Virus record (IMG/VR): IMGVR_UViG_2700989568_000007
Reading direction: 5' to 3' (one strand)
Source of the DNA: an uncultured virus (IMG/VR IMGVR_UViG_2700989568_000007)
Lineage: Duplodnaviria > Heunggongvirae > Uroviricota > Caudoviricetes
Length of the DNA stretch: 64,000 nucleotides
The notes under the pieces: model-generated
Told to the model about the DNA's origin: nothing
The model's input: the letters and a program-made list of their open reading frames with translations, nothing else
The model's database searches: none
Program-made: the position numbers and the translations under genes
Part shown: positions 10,857-21,694 of the stretch, in pieces
How the letters are laid out: each line of letters opens with the position of its first letter
Numbering within the stretch: position 1 is the first letter of the stretch

Positions 10857-12409
10857 TTCTGCACCTCGTCACCTTCAATCTCAGCCACAATTGTATCAAT
10901 GTCTTTACGTAACTGATCGATTTTGCTGACGGTGGTTTTTAGCTCGACATTCAGCTCTGCAATATCGACAATTTCGCGGGTATTCAAGGCTTCGACGTAG
11001 CTGCTGACAGACAGGTTGTAATCATTCCCAGCCACTTTCTCGAAGGCTACAGATTTCGCCAGATGGTCAACATCTGCTTTGCTGGCAAAGACCTGCATAA
11101 TCTTTTCGATATGATCATCAGTCAGGATATTGTTATTGGTTTCTTTCTTAAACAACCCGCTGGCGTCAATAAATTGCACGCGGGTATCTGTTTTGTGCTT
11201 GGACAGCACCAGAATGTTAACAGCAATAGTGGTGCCGAAGAACAGGTTTGGTGCCAGAGAAATCACCGTTTCAACATAGTTGTTGTCGACCAGGTACTGG
11301 CGGATTTTCTGCTCTGCTCCGCCACGGTAGAAAATACCGGGGAAGCAAACTATTGCTGCACGTCCCTTAGCAGACAGGTAGTTAAGCGCATGAAGCACGA
11401 ACGCAAAGTCAGCTTTTGATTTTGGTGCCAGCACACCTGCCGGAGCGAAACGCTCATCGTTAATCAGGGTCGGGTCGTCACTGCCAATCCACTTAACTGA
11501 GTACGGTGGGTTAGAGACGATCGCGTCAAACGGTTTTTCATCGCAAAAGTGAGGCTCAGTCAGGGTATTCCCCAGTCTGATATCAAATTTGTCGTAGTTG
11601 ATATTGTGCAGAAACATGTTCATACGCGCCAGGTTGAACGTCGTATGGTTGATTTCCTGACCAAAAAAGCCTTCTTCGATGATGTGGTTATCAAAATGTT
11701 TTTTCGCCTGCAGCAGCAGTGAGCCCGAGCCTGCAGCAGGGTCATAGATTTTGTTGACGTGAGTCTGACCGTGCATCGCAAGCTGAGCAATCAACTTAGA
11801 GACATGCTGTGGCGTGAAGAACTCTCCGCCAGACTTACCGGCATTCGCCGCATAGTTAGAAATCAGGAACTCGTAGGCATCACCAAACAGATCAATCTGG
11901 TGCTCGTTAAAATTCCCCAGCTTCAGCCCCTCCACGCCTTTCAGAACGGCGGCAAGACGGCTGTTTTTATCTTTTACGGTGTTCCCCAGTCGATTGCTGG
12001 TCGTATCGAAATCGGCGAACAGGCCTTTGATGTCGGCCTCGGACGGATAGCCGTAGGCAGAGCTTTCAATAGCAACGAAGATACTGTTTAAATCAGCATT
12101 CAGCCTGTCGTTGGTGTTAGCTTTAGCGGCAACGTTGCAGAACAGCTGGCTCGGGTAGATGAAATAGCCTTTAGTCCTGATGGCATCGTCTTTGATGTCA
12201 TCGGTAATGATGCTGTCATCAAGTGCAGCATAATGTATGCTCTCATCCCCTGCTTCCATGTAGCTGGAAAAATTCTCACTAATGAAGCGATAGAAAAGTG
12301 CACCGAGTACATACTGTTTAAAATCCCATCCATCCACTGAGCCCCTGACATCATTGGCTATGGCCCAGATTTGACGGTGTAGCTCTGCACGCTGCTGAAG
12401 GCTTGTCAT
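10853..12409 (-). CDS. hsdM: Type I R-M methyltransferase subunit
   Basis: [17 protein letters not shown] and NPPY motifs; 4-bp overlap with hsdS. Confidence 0.97.
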
Positions 12410-12612
12410 CTTGTATCCTGTTGTATGATTCTTAAGTACTGTTATTGGCCCGATTTTATCGCAATTTCATATTGATGACAGGTTTTGTATGTCATGCGTT
12501 GCACTGAGAGTTCGTTTGCCCGGTTGTGTAGCCAACGTTCTTTCAGTCAGGCCAGTAGAAACGTTGCGCTGACGATAAATACTGAAGCCCCGATACTATC
12601 GGGGCTGAGCGT

Positions 12613-14490
12613 TCAGTCGGTGAGAATTTCTTCATCCGTATCTATTGTGGATGGTGATGAATCTATTTTTGTTGTAAGAAATACCCGATTCAGTAGTCTT
12701 TGCTTTAGGGCGTTTCTTCGCTCATTGTAGAATTCCTGGAAGCGACTAAACTCAATGTTTTCATCTGAAACTAACAGCATTGATGGAGTATAGTTGTTTG
12801 ATGAGTGAGATAGCCATTGTTTCAGGGATGTATTCTGTTTACTTGTATTCTGAGAGTGATTCAGTAAATGAAGATTTGGTATGGTGTCCCAGTGTTCCGG
12901 ATTTTCGTAAAAGCTGAGTTTCTCCGGTGAATTCGCAATATAATCTAATTTTTCAAGATATTTATTTGAAAAATGATTTCTTGGATGAAGGTGATCAATA
13001 TGAAACACCTCGGTCGGATTCATTTCAGGGAACAGAAGATGCAATAGTGCGCGGCAGCGACCTTCGCCATATCTGATATTGAGAAGGCTTTCGATGTATT
13101 CGTTGTCAAATCTGAGGTCCTTATTCGAGCCTTTGTACCTGTCAATAATCTTCTCAAGAGGAAAATGAACATCTGAAAGACTATTCTTCATTACGTCTCT
13201 GATGCTCGTGAGTAGCGCATCTGCCTGGCTTCCAAAGATCCCTTTCAGAAGTACCATGTAAAACCACTGGCTAATTACTGAGCGTTCATTGTGGTTTTTA
13301 TTCAGGAGATTAATCGTTGTATATAATGGGTGTCCATTGGTTTGCTTTTTGTAAAGCCAGTAGACCACAGGAATGACTGCATTTTTAGATATCAGTGACT
13401 GTGGATTGATGCCGAATCGCCTGATAAGAACAAAAGTCTCCTTGATACAGGATTTTATTTCAGACCATTGTTGTTGTATCTTACCGACCTCTTCTGAAGT
13501 GAAATTTTTTACTTTGAACCGGACGTCAGAGTCAATAAGCATCAGGCTGGTTTTTAAGAACCAGTCTCTTTCAATATAAAACCCCATTTCATTATTCTGA
13601 TGAATGTTTTTTGTTAGTTCATCCAGTTCTCTTCTGAAATCACCCTGCCAGTGTGCTACAGCTATTGACATCAGTAAGTCGGAGAACTCAAGTTTTGTCC
13701 CCCCGCTATTCGTGCGGATGAAAACATCCAACACATGATCAATGTCCTGGCTGCTCTCATTGAAGTAGTGGATAAGACTCTCAGTTCTTATCTTGGTATA
13801 AAGTTTAAGCAGGGTTTTTCTGGAGAATTCACTGGAAATGAGTCCTCTTTTTTCGAGTTCTGGTACGACAACTTTAAATAAGATATCATCCGGAGAATCA
13901 ATTTGCTCGTATTTGAATATTTCGTGAAGGCAGAACCAGTGATGTTTGTTGTCTGTAAGTGAATCAGCGTATTGCTTGTCGGTGAGGAACCTGAAGTTAT
14001 ACTTCATCATGAGCTCATCGTCTGAATTAAGTGGCGCTGTTAAATCGACGTAAAGCTTTCTTGGCGGCAGGATGCGATCATCCTGTGCCGAAGGCCACCA
14101 CACCCGGGGCTGTTTATACGCATACGTTCCACACAATCCAATATATAATGATGTGAGACGTTGCTGACCATCAATCACCGCCTTGAAATCATGAAATCCA
14201 GCATTTGTTGCTACGCAGGGGTTTTCTTCATTAAACCGCTGACAGTATTCTTTCAGGAACTCATAAAATTTGTAATCGTTTTTAATACTGGCACTACGGA
14301 TATCCCACATCATGAAAGAGTTTATCGGGTAGTCTCGCATGATGGAATCAAATAGTAGACATATCTGCCCGTAACTCCAGACAAACTTTCGCTGAATTGC
14401 AGGCAGAAGGTAGTGGCGTAAATTAATTGAATCTATCGCTTGTTTTATCGTTATTGCTTTTTCATACTGGCCAGCCATCATAAACCTCAT
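12613..14490 (-). CDS. DUF262 + HNH-like (DUF1524-type) protein, GmrSD/SspE-like
   Basis: LPAIQRKFVW, LFDSIMRDYPI, IDGQQRLTS and VFIRTNSGG (DUF262); C-terminal HIDHLHP...NLHLL...N. AT-rich. The true start may be 14481 or 14478. Confidence 0.88.
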   Translation of the reverse strand: MRFMMAGQYEKAITIKQAIDSINLRHYLLPAIQRKFVWSYGQICLLFDSIMRDYPINSFMMWDIRSASIKNDYKFYEFLKEYCQRFNEENPCVATNAGFHDFKAVIDGQQRLTSLYIGLCGTYAYKQPRVWWPSAQDDRILPPRKLYVDLTAPLNSDDELMMKYNFRFLTDKQYADSLTDNKHHWFCLHEIFKYEQIDSPDDILFKVVVPELEKRGLISSEFSRKTLLKLYTKIRTESLIHYFNESSQDIDHVLDVFIRTNSGGTKLEFSDLLMSIAVAHWQGDFRRELDELTKNIHQNNEMGFYIERDWFLKTSLMLIDSDVRFKVKNFTSEEVGKIQQQWSEIKSCIKETFVLIRRFGINPQSLISKNAVIPVVYWLYKKQTNGHPLYTTINLLNKNHNERSVISQWFYMVLLKGIFGSQADALLTSIRDVMKNSLSDVHFPLEKIIDRYKGSNKDLRFDNEYIESLLNIRYGEGRCRALLHLLFPEMNPTEVFHIDHLHPRNHFSNKYLEKLDYIANSPEKLSFYENPEHWDTIPNLHLLNHSQNTSKQNTSLKQWLSHSSNNYTPSMLLVSDENIEFSRFQEFYNERRNALKQRLLNRVFLTTKIDSSPSTIDTDEEILTD

Positions 14491-16338
14491 GTGTTATATT
14501 AGCTGGCTGATTTTAATCTAAAGGGTGTAACGAGTACAGTATTTGCACAAGCATAATTTATGCAGTGGAAAAGCTGACTGCTCGGTTTGTGTTTTTCGTT
14601 CGGGTAGACTCGCATTGCGGACGCACAAAGTGATGAAACCTGTCTTGCTATGTTTTTACCAAAGTTAACAAGAAGTCCATGCTTTATCTTCTCGCCATCT
14701 GTTATGTCTGCCAGGTCATTACCAAACGTTACGCTGGCAGCTTTGTGACGCGTGATTTGGGGGGGGGGGAATGAAGCGTGGCTACGCGTACAGACTCCCA
14801 GGCGACAGACTAATTAACGCGTTGACATTGGCGGTCACTAATTGAGGATTTCTATAAGAACTCGTTGATCGCCCCTCTTCCCTACCCGCCAACCTCATAC
14901 ACTCCAGGCGCGGCAAGGCTTTTACGCACATAACACCCACAAGAAAACAAATAAATAACACATCAATGAAAAGTCAACGCTTTACCCTGATTTGGTCTCG
15001 AAAGTTGACGTTTTGCCATGCCACTTCTTATATCCGTTAAGCAGCGCACCAGAGACCAACACCCTGCGACGAAAACGCCAAAAACGACTCCTGATACCAC
15101 CACAAAACAGACACGCTCAGAATCGCTCTGGTTGCGTTTAATGAGTATATAAACAAATTGTTTTAGGCAATAAGAAAACAACAAAACAAGATAACGAAGA
15201 AAAGGAAATGCCATTACCCCACACCCAGGCAATACCCACCTCTTCCTGCCAGGCTACCGAAAAGACCAACCTCATTGCCCCAGGCTACCGACCCCATGAA
15301 GCAAACCTCGACCACCACCAAAAAGCGACGAGAGAAAGGCAATTTATCTGAACGCCATTCCCCAATACACCGAAGAGAATACCCGGGAAGAATCTCCAGA
15401 CAAGACCAGGCCAGAACAGTACCCGGCGCCATCTCGTTTACCCACTCTTACCCCGAAAGAAAACGCAAATTCCTGATAAGCAGAGAACGCCATTACTTCA
15501 CATAAGGAGAACGACAACAGACCAGAAACCACATCACCCACACTTCCACCTCTCAAGATGAACGAAAGGAAAAGCGCACACGCCATTACTCCATACACAG
15601 AGAAGAACTATCCCCACAACGAAGAATACAGACCAGAGGAAAACCACAAGACCACCACCTCTACAACATCTGCAAAACCACTTACCGGCAGAGAGAAGAA
15701 AGTTGCCTTTTCTCCCATACGAATGGTCACCGTATAGAGCGCTAATAAGAGAGATACGAGTCCCCCATAAGAGAGGTTATTCGAGTCAGGAAAGAGCACA
15801 GATATAAGACAGAGGGGATGGAGGGGGATCGCTCCCTTTCCCGTATTTATTCAAGTCCTGATTTTATCCCCCGTAACATCCCTGCGGTCGAACGAGTGAA
15901 AGGGCCACCGCGAAAATCTATCGGGAGCGTCCCCGCAGGGGAAAGGCTGGCTGCCTGAGTGGAAACGGCTGGGTTCCCGTCATGGAAAGGGTGCGTGCCG
16001 GTATAGAGACAAAATGCCGCGGGGACGGCTGATTTCCTGGCGGTACACCGTTTGGTGCGCGGTTGGCTTTCTTCCCGCTGCGCGCAGCTACTGATACGTA
16101 TTCTGCCAGAGCGTTCGAGGGTCACAAGCTGTTTCAGTAGGTTTTCGGGAAGAGGAAAATACTGCTCACCAGCCCTGCGGTGCGCGTTGAGAAGAATAAT
16201 GTAAAAAGTGTTCCCGATACGTTCCCGGATACTCACTGCTTTTCCAGCGCTTCCCGATACAAAATGCTTTTTCGCCTATGTCTTATTGCGATAATAACAC
16301 CATCAAGAAAACAACGTGTTTAGACAAAGGAGAAACAC

Positions 16339-16557
16339 ATGTACAAGCATTTGAACATCAGCATCACCCTTTGCGGAGAAGAGACGTGTACTGACGAACT
16401 CCAGATCTCTCTGGATGACGTTATCCGCTCTGCGGATGTCGCTGGGCGCATTGGTACGTTGATTGGCGAAGGGTATCGCGAGGGCACGTTTGATTTTCAT
16501 ATCGAGGACAACGCAATGTCCGTCGCGTGGAACTGCACAACGTCAGAGTCCAGATAA
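16339..16557 (+). CDS. Small phage hypothetical protein
   Basis: AAGGAG RBS; upstream GATAAT and operator unit. Confidence 0.75.
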   Translation: MYKHLNISITLCGEETCTDELQISLDDVIRSADVAGRIGTLIGEGYREGTFDFHIEDNAMSVAWNCTTSESR

Positions 16558-16569
16558 AGGAGGAAGACA

Positions 16570-16782
16570 ATGAATATGCCTGTGATTGTGGAAGTATGGA
16601 GCGTGGACTCGCTGGCCGAATGTCTTGATGGCGTAGGGCCAGCACTGACCCGTAAATTATGGTCGTTTGTACCAGCTGAGGGAGAGTCACCAAAAGGGAA
16701 GGACGTGTGGCACCTGCTGACTGATGAAGAGAAGCGGGAGCTGGTGGCCGCAGTGAAAGAGGAGTTCCCTGACGAAGATTAA
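16570..16782 (+). CDS. Small phage hypothetical protein
   Basis: AGGAGG RBS; 70 aa. Confidence 0.75.
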   Translation: MNMPVIVEVWSVDSLAECLDGVGPALTRKLWSFVPAEGESPKGKDVWHLLTDEEKRELVAAVKEEFPDED

Positions 16783-16918
16783 CGATGGCCACCAGCAGGT
16801 GGCTTTTGAGTGATTGTGGCCTGCGGCCAGCTGAATGCCGGAACGCTTCGCTTGGTGGCCGTTTTCATAATGGTATTATTTACAACAACAAGAAAACAAG
16901 TTGTTTACGGAGTGTGTA

Positions 16919-17230
16919 ATGAATACCGAGATGATTTTGAAACTGGATAAACTCCAGCCTCGCAAAGACAAACCTGCAGTACTCGGTTCGATCACTTTAC
17001 TGGACATAGTGGCCAACGGCACAGCCATCCGACTTTTCAAAGAGACCGTTGTCGTCTTCGGCGAAACTTCTCGCAAGCGCATCGTAATGAGCGTCAGGCG
17101 CTATAGTGCGAAAGGGTGGGTAGCTAAACAAGTTATCTGGCCTGAGTCAGAACTGGAGTTGGCTTTACTGGAAGTTAACAAGGTCGCCCAGCAGGAAATT
17201 CAACGAGCAACAACCCTCGCCATAGCATAG
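16919..17230 (+). CDS. Phage hypothetical protein
   Basis: GGAG RBS before ATG 16919; operator motif at 16894. Confidence 0.72.
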   Translation: MNTEMILKLDKLQPRKDKPAVLGSITLLDIVANGTAIRLFKETVVVFGETSRKRIVMSVRRYSAKGWVAKQVIWPESELELALLEVNKVAQQEIQRATTLAIA

Positions 17231-17262
17231 TCATGTGCAACACAGATTAGTCGAATTTACGA

Positions 17263-17291
17263 CAGCCCCGTTGATCCTTCGGGGCTTTTTT
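17263..17291 (+). terminator. Rho-independent terminator
   Basis: AGCCCCG...CGGGGCT stem followed by a T-run. Confidence 0.75.
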
Positions 17292-17349
17292 GTATTGTAA
17301 GTACTTACCTACGGCGATAGTATTACGACGCATTTACATGGAGGTAAAA

Positions 17350-17757
17350 ATGAGTTTGACCAAAGAAGATTTAGTATTTGACCTGTACTACGCATCCAGC
17401 ACTGACGAAGAAGGCAATAAACTGGCCCAGCTGACCGTTCAGTTCCGTGATGCATCGGCTGTTCCGCATGTGACCACCCAGCTGGCCCGTACAACTCTTA
17501 AGCGAGATCGCTCGAAGGTTTATGCCGTCGGCGAGCAGTCAGTGAAAAATGGTTCGGACACTCTGCTGGCCGCCATTGAAGCCTATTATCGAACAGACCC
17601 GAAGACCATTTTCGAAAACCTGATGGCACAGGTTCAGGATATGATCGAGGGCAATCTGGGCGCCAACAATACCTGGGTTGGTTCATACGGCATAACCATT
17701 GTGTCTGGCGGCTCTCTGGAAGAGTATCTGCCTGAGTCCGTCTACAACGTCCAGTAA
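17350..17757 (+). CDS. Phage hypothetical protein
   Basis: GGAGGT RBS before ATG 17350; terminator-like hairpin at 17765-17790. Confidence 0.78.
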   Translation: MSLTKEDLVFDLYYASSTDEEGNKLAQLTVQFRDASAVPHVTTQLARTTLKRDRSKVYAVGEQSVKNGSDTLLAAIEAYYRTDPKTIFENLMAQVQDMIEGNLGANNTWVGSYGITIVSGGSLEEYLPESVYNVQ

Positions 17758-17885
17758 ACCAGCCAATGGCGCGTAACCCGCGCCATTTTTCCCCAACCCG
17801 TAAACAAGTTGTTTTATACCTTTTCTGAGTTGCGATAATAACACCAACAAGAAAACAAGTTATTAACGAAGTTGAGGAAATGTTC

Positions 17886-18260
17886 ATGGGACTTGATATC
17901 TATATTGAGACGCAGCCAAAAAACGATCTGAATAACGAGGCATCCAGAAAGCAAGTTGGCTACTTCCGTAAGTTCAATGCTCTCGTTGGGTGGATGAACC
18001 GTAACGTAGGTGAAGTTGTAAATTGTGAACTTTTAGAAGTTACGATGAATGATATTTGTGCTCTCAAGGCTGATTTGATTCGTCTAAACGAAAGCAATTG
18101 TGAAGAGTATCTGCCTACCCAGGAAGGGTTTTTCTTCGGTAGTCAGGAGTACGATGAAGGGTACTGGAATGACGTGGAAGAGCTGAAAGAGCTTGTGGAT
18201 GAGCTGATTAAAAATCACGACTTCTACAATAACAGACTGACATTTTGCGCCTGGTGGTAA
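17886..18260 (+). CDS. Phage protein of the MGLD...Y(F/W)RK.N type, function unknown
   Basis: MGLDIYIE...GYFRKFNAL...LPTQEGFFFGS..YD..YW pattern; GAGG RBS. Confidence 0.78.
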   Translation: MGLDIYIETQPKNDLNNEASRKQVGYFRKFNALVGWMNRNVGEVVNCELLEVTMNDICALKADLIRLNESNCEEYLPTQEGFFFGSQEYDEGYWNDVEELKELVDELIKNHDFYNNRLTFCAWW

Positions 18261-18262
18261 AT

Positions 18263-18544
18263 ATGACTGATTTCACCATCTCCCCGAAAGCAGAAAACGT
18301 ATGGCTGGAATCCTGGCTTGACCTGTCGCCGGCCGAGCAGAAAGAAATGGATCACGTCGAACCGGACGAACAAACCAGCTCCCGCTTCTTCCATTATCAG
18401 GATAGCGTTTATGACATTGCCGATTTCATGCGCGATGACCGCTTCCCGGAATGGAACGCCGGCTATCCACTGAATGCCTTCGCTATGTTGATGATCCGCT
18501 TAACTGATTCAGGCGACACCATCGACATCGGATTACTTCATTGA
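18263..18544 (+). CDS. Phage hypothetical protein
   Basis: ATG 2 nt after the upstream stop; 93 aa, acidic. Confidence 0.7.
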   Translation: MTDFTISPKAENVWLESWLDLSPAEQKEMDHVEPDEQTSSRFFHYQDSVYDIADFMRDDRFPEWNAGYPLNAFAMLMIRLTDSGDTIDIGLLH

Positions 18545-18749
18545 GAGAGGAGGGCCACCGATGCTGGTGGCTCTTAACTACCACCTGCTTTCCCGCAGGC
18601 TAAAAACACCCACCTCTTACCGCCAGGCTACCGAAGCACCCACCGACTTCCCGACGGCCACCAGCTGCCGAAACAGAACGCTTGGACACCTCACACCCAC
18701 TGCGATAATTAAACCAACGAGAAAACAAGTTGTTTAAAGGATTATCACA

Positions 18750-19232
18750 ATGAACTATATCGCCACTGTAAACACTCCCGCGCATGGCACCATCTCTGTC
18801 ACATACTCCGATACTGAAAAGAACATCCTGGGCGCCTGGCGCGAAGAAGAGACCATCCAGCTGTCCGGGAAAGAGAAGCAGCAGATCGCCAACGACATCA
18901 TTTGCAACCGTCGATTCACGCGTGTCTTCGAAAAAGCTTATGTCACCACCTCAGGATTCGGGGTGTTTATCTTCCCGGTTCGAAGCGGGAGGTTCTGTCA
19001 GTCAAAACTCATCGGGTTCGCAACACAGATTGCTGTGTGGATCAAAACAGAGTCCGGGTTCGACTTTACAGACCAGGAAGCAACAGCGCAGGGTGTGCGG
19101 ATCGCCGACAATGCTCTTAAGTGCAAAAACGTCATTTACGAAGCCGGTATCGACTCGTGGAAGGTCACTTGCGGGGAGTTCGTGAAAGAGATGCACGCCA
19201 GCAATCGGATTCACATACTGGCTGGCAAGTAA
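18750..19232 (+). CDS. Phage hypothetical protein
   Basis: AAGGA RBS; GATAAT and operator unit upstream. Confidence 0.75.
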   Translation: MNYIATVNTPAHGTISVTYSDTEKNILGAWREEETIQLSGKEKQQIANDIICNRRFTRVFEKAYVTTSGFGVFIFPVRSGRFCQSKLIGFATQIAVWIKTESGFDFTDQEATAQGVRIADNALKCKNVIYEAGIDSWKVTCGEFVKEMHASNRIHILAGK

Positions 19233-19869
19233 GAGGGGAGGGGGCTGGAAACGCCCCTTTCTTTCCGTCCACCAGCTCCCGCAGGGAAATTCAGGAACGG
19301 CCAGAGGGCTGTCAGGGGAACCGAAGGGAAACGGTCAGGAAATTTTCGGGAAACGGCTGGGTTTGCCTTTATGTAGAAAACAGAGCGGGAGAAGCCCAGA
19401 ATCGCGCCAGAAATTGCGTAGCGGCGCTGGGGTAACGCTGGTGGAGTTTCAGCCCCTGAGCCATCCAGATAGCTTTCGCTATGTGATTATGTGAATCCGT
19501 GGGTAAACCACTGCAAGCGCGGATCACGTCGCGCCAATGATACGCGAGCGCCCACGGATAGCGCCAACATTGCCAACACGCCCCGAAGGATAGCGCGGAT
19601 CACGTCACCAGATAACGCCAGACGATCACGCCCACGACACGACAAAATAAGCCACGCGCTAAAACGCTTTTAAACGCGCTATAACGTGTTTTTTACTGTG
19701 TGTAATGGGTATGTACTACCACACGTAAAAACGCGTTAAATTGGCGCGTTTATGGCGCTTATTTTTGGTGTGAATGAGTGAACGCCAGATAAAAGATAAC
19801 GCGCCATTGTTGGCGCGTTATGGTGGGAGTATTGGAAACGAAAAAAGCGCCCATAGTGGGCGCTCGATT

Positions 19870-20100
19870 TTATTTGTGTAAACTGATTTTAAATCCCATT
19901 TCTGCAAACGCTTTTAACATTAAAAATATATCAGCGTCGTTCACGTCTGCTTTTTTTCGCTCCTGGTCGCTCAATAAGTCAATTTTACGCGTCGTTTCAT
20001 CTATAAACTCGACTGCGCGCCCAGCGATCCCAGCGATCCCAGCGATCCGATTAACATAATATTCATTACGGATATTAACGCCAGAGATGAAAATTACCAT
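19870..20100 (-). CDS. Small hypothetical protein with IAG x3 repeat
   Basis: AAGGAG RBS; 9-bp tandem repeat CCAGCGATC x3 at 20021-20047; flanked by hairpins. Confidence 0.65.
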   Translation of the reverse strand: MVIFISGVNIRNEYYVNRIAGIAGIAGRAVEFIDETTRKIDLLSDQERKKADVNDADIFLMLKAFAEMGFKISLHK

Positions 20101-20147
20101 GGTTAAGCTCCTTTATAGCGCCCATATTGGGCGCTATATCCATCTAA

Positions 20148-20798
20148 TTACGCTTTGAAAGCATCAGCCAAATAGTTATAAAAATCATTTTTGATAAAGC
20201 GATATTGCTGCGATCCGTTTTTCGCTGCGCCCATTCCTTTGATTTTCTCGACCAGTCCGAGACGCTCGCAAAGATTGATCAGCTGGTTGGCTTGCGTATA
20301 GCCAGCGTCTAACTTAATTTCGCACGCTTTTTTCGCTTCATTCATCAAATCGAAAACAGCGCCATTTGTGAACGTGTCGATCTCGTCGTTAATCATATCG
20401 ATTAAAGCGAATACACGAGATCCGGACATATCAGCGACTGAATACACACATTTACCAGACTTGATAGACTTAACCAGATAAACCAGCTTTTCGAGAGAGT
20501 AGCTATTTGTCATCGCTTCGCGGAAAAACACTTCTGGCGTTTGCTTGCTTGCTTTAATCGCGTAGTAGAAGACACCAGACAACTTATCGTCGTTTACTGC
20601 GTTTACAACGTTATTCACGAAGTATGCGAGTTTAGTAGACGCTGCAAGCATGTTAGCTTTATCTGCTTTGGTGTGCGTGCCATTCTGATAATGTTCGTTG
20701 TAAGTCTGTGTAGCTTGATCTGCTTTTAATTGTAATTCGTCAGTGATAACTACAGCAGCATCAATGATAGATTTTTTAGAAATGGTTACGTTAGACAT
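20148..20798 (-). CDS. Phage hypothetical protein, possible C-terminal winged-helix
   Basis: 216 aa with AAGGA RBS; upstream TTGATT-N16-GATAAT promoter (20871-20898, minus strand). Confidence 0.78.
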   Translation of the reverse strand: MSNVTISKKSIIDAAVVITDELQLKADQATQTYNEHYQNGTHTKADKANMLAASTKLAYFVNNVVNAVNDDKLSGVFYYAIKASKQTPEVFFREAMTNSYSLEKLVYLVKSIKSGKCVYSVADMSGSRVFALIDMINDEIDTFTNGAVFDLMNEAKKACEIKLDAGYTQANQLINLCERLGLVEKIKGMGAAKNGSQQYRFIKNDFYNYLADAFKA

Positions 20799-21114
20799 GA
20801 TATTAATCCTTACTTTAAATTAGAAAATTATTTCGTTCTATCGTTGGCGTGTTCGCTTTCGATGTGACTAATTATCGACATACAAAAAATAAAATCAAGC
20901 GTTTTTCGCAAGGGGTGATAAAAAATTTATTTCGCAAATAAATCATAGTCTTAGAAATAAATCGCGTTTTCTCGAAGGTGTTGCCTAAATAAATTCCGTA
21001 CTCGGTGTATTACCCTTATATATTTAGCGCTGACCATACTTATGGTGATTTAATTTATCGGGAAGTGACCCATAAAATAATAACCGGACATAGCCGGTTA
21101 TTACCCTTATAGAT

Positions 21115-21666
21115 TTAAAACGGTAAAATGCGCTCGACCCAATCGAAGAGAATAATCATTCTGGTTTGTTTCCCGACCCTCATAGTTACCTGACAAGCGT
21201 CAACGCCTAACGATACCCCCTCTATTTCACGACCGTCAGCCATGTACACCCTTATAGACTTTTGTTCATTGTGTGCATTACGACAAATTTTGAAAAAGTC
21301 ACGCCGAGAGGGTTGGTTTTGCACGTCCTCGTTGCTTACAGTCAGTCTTCCGGTGAACTCTTTGTCCACATCTGGAGGTATGATTGTCTCTATGGTGCTT
21401 ACTCGCTCCAGTGGAAGCCTTACACGATTCTCTCTATCGAATGGAGTAGGGCAAAGATCGACTTTATTGCGTGATGATAGTGTTCCCTGTACGTACATGT
21501 TGAACACTTGTCCATTTTCTACAGTAACCCTAATAGGTACTGTTCGCTTTCTCCAGAACATCAAAGCCGACTCTATGCTGGAGTAGTCACGAGGCCATAC
21601 TTCTGCTGGGATGCCGTATGTTATATCAGTAATATTGTTGGGCATAAGATACGCCTTGTTCGTCAA
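21115..21666 (-). CDS. Hypothetical protein with two Sm/Hfq-like repeats
   Basis: Two segments: WRKRTVPIRVTVENGQVF...LERVSTI and EQKSIRVYMADGREIEG...FDWVERI. Confidence 0.65.
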   Translation of the reverse strand: MTNKAYLMPNNITDITYGIPAEVWPRDYSSIESALMFWRKRTVPIRVTVENGQVFNMYVQGTLSSRNKVDLCPTPFDRENRVRLPLERVSTIETIIPPDVDKEFTGRLTVSNEDVQNQPSRRDFFKICRNAHNEQKSIRVYMADGREIEGVSLGVDACQVTMRVGKQTRMIILFDWVERILPF

Positions 21667-21694
21667 GTTGAGGGGTTAACCCATCACCTGTTGA

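Noticed and set aside
14759..14768. G10 tract as a phase-variation switch
   Set aside because: Intergenic, ~270 bp from the nearest start, with no identifiable promoter spanning it; could also be a sequencing artefact.
14880..15830. CRISPR array
   Set aside because: Repeats are short, degenerate and irregularly spaced, and there are no cas genes.
14963..16236. Short ORFs on both strands of the skewed block
   Set aside because: No clear RBS and compositions that mirror the base skew; probably spurious.
20049..20076. dif-like XerCD site (GATTAACATAA TATTCA TTACGGATATT)
   Set aside because: The XerC arm matches poorly and the site lies inside an ORF.
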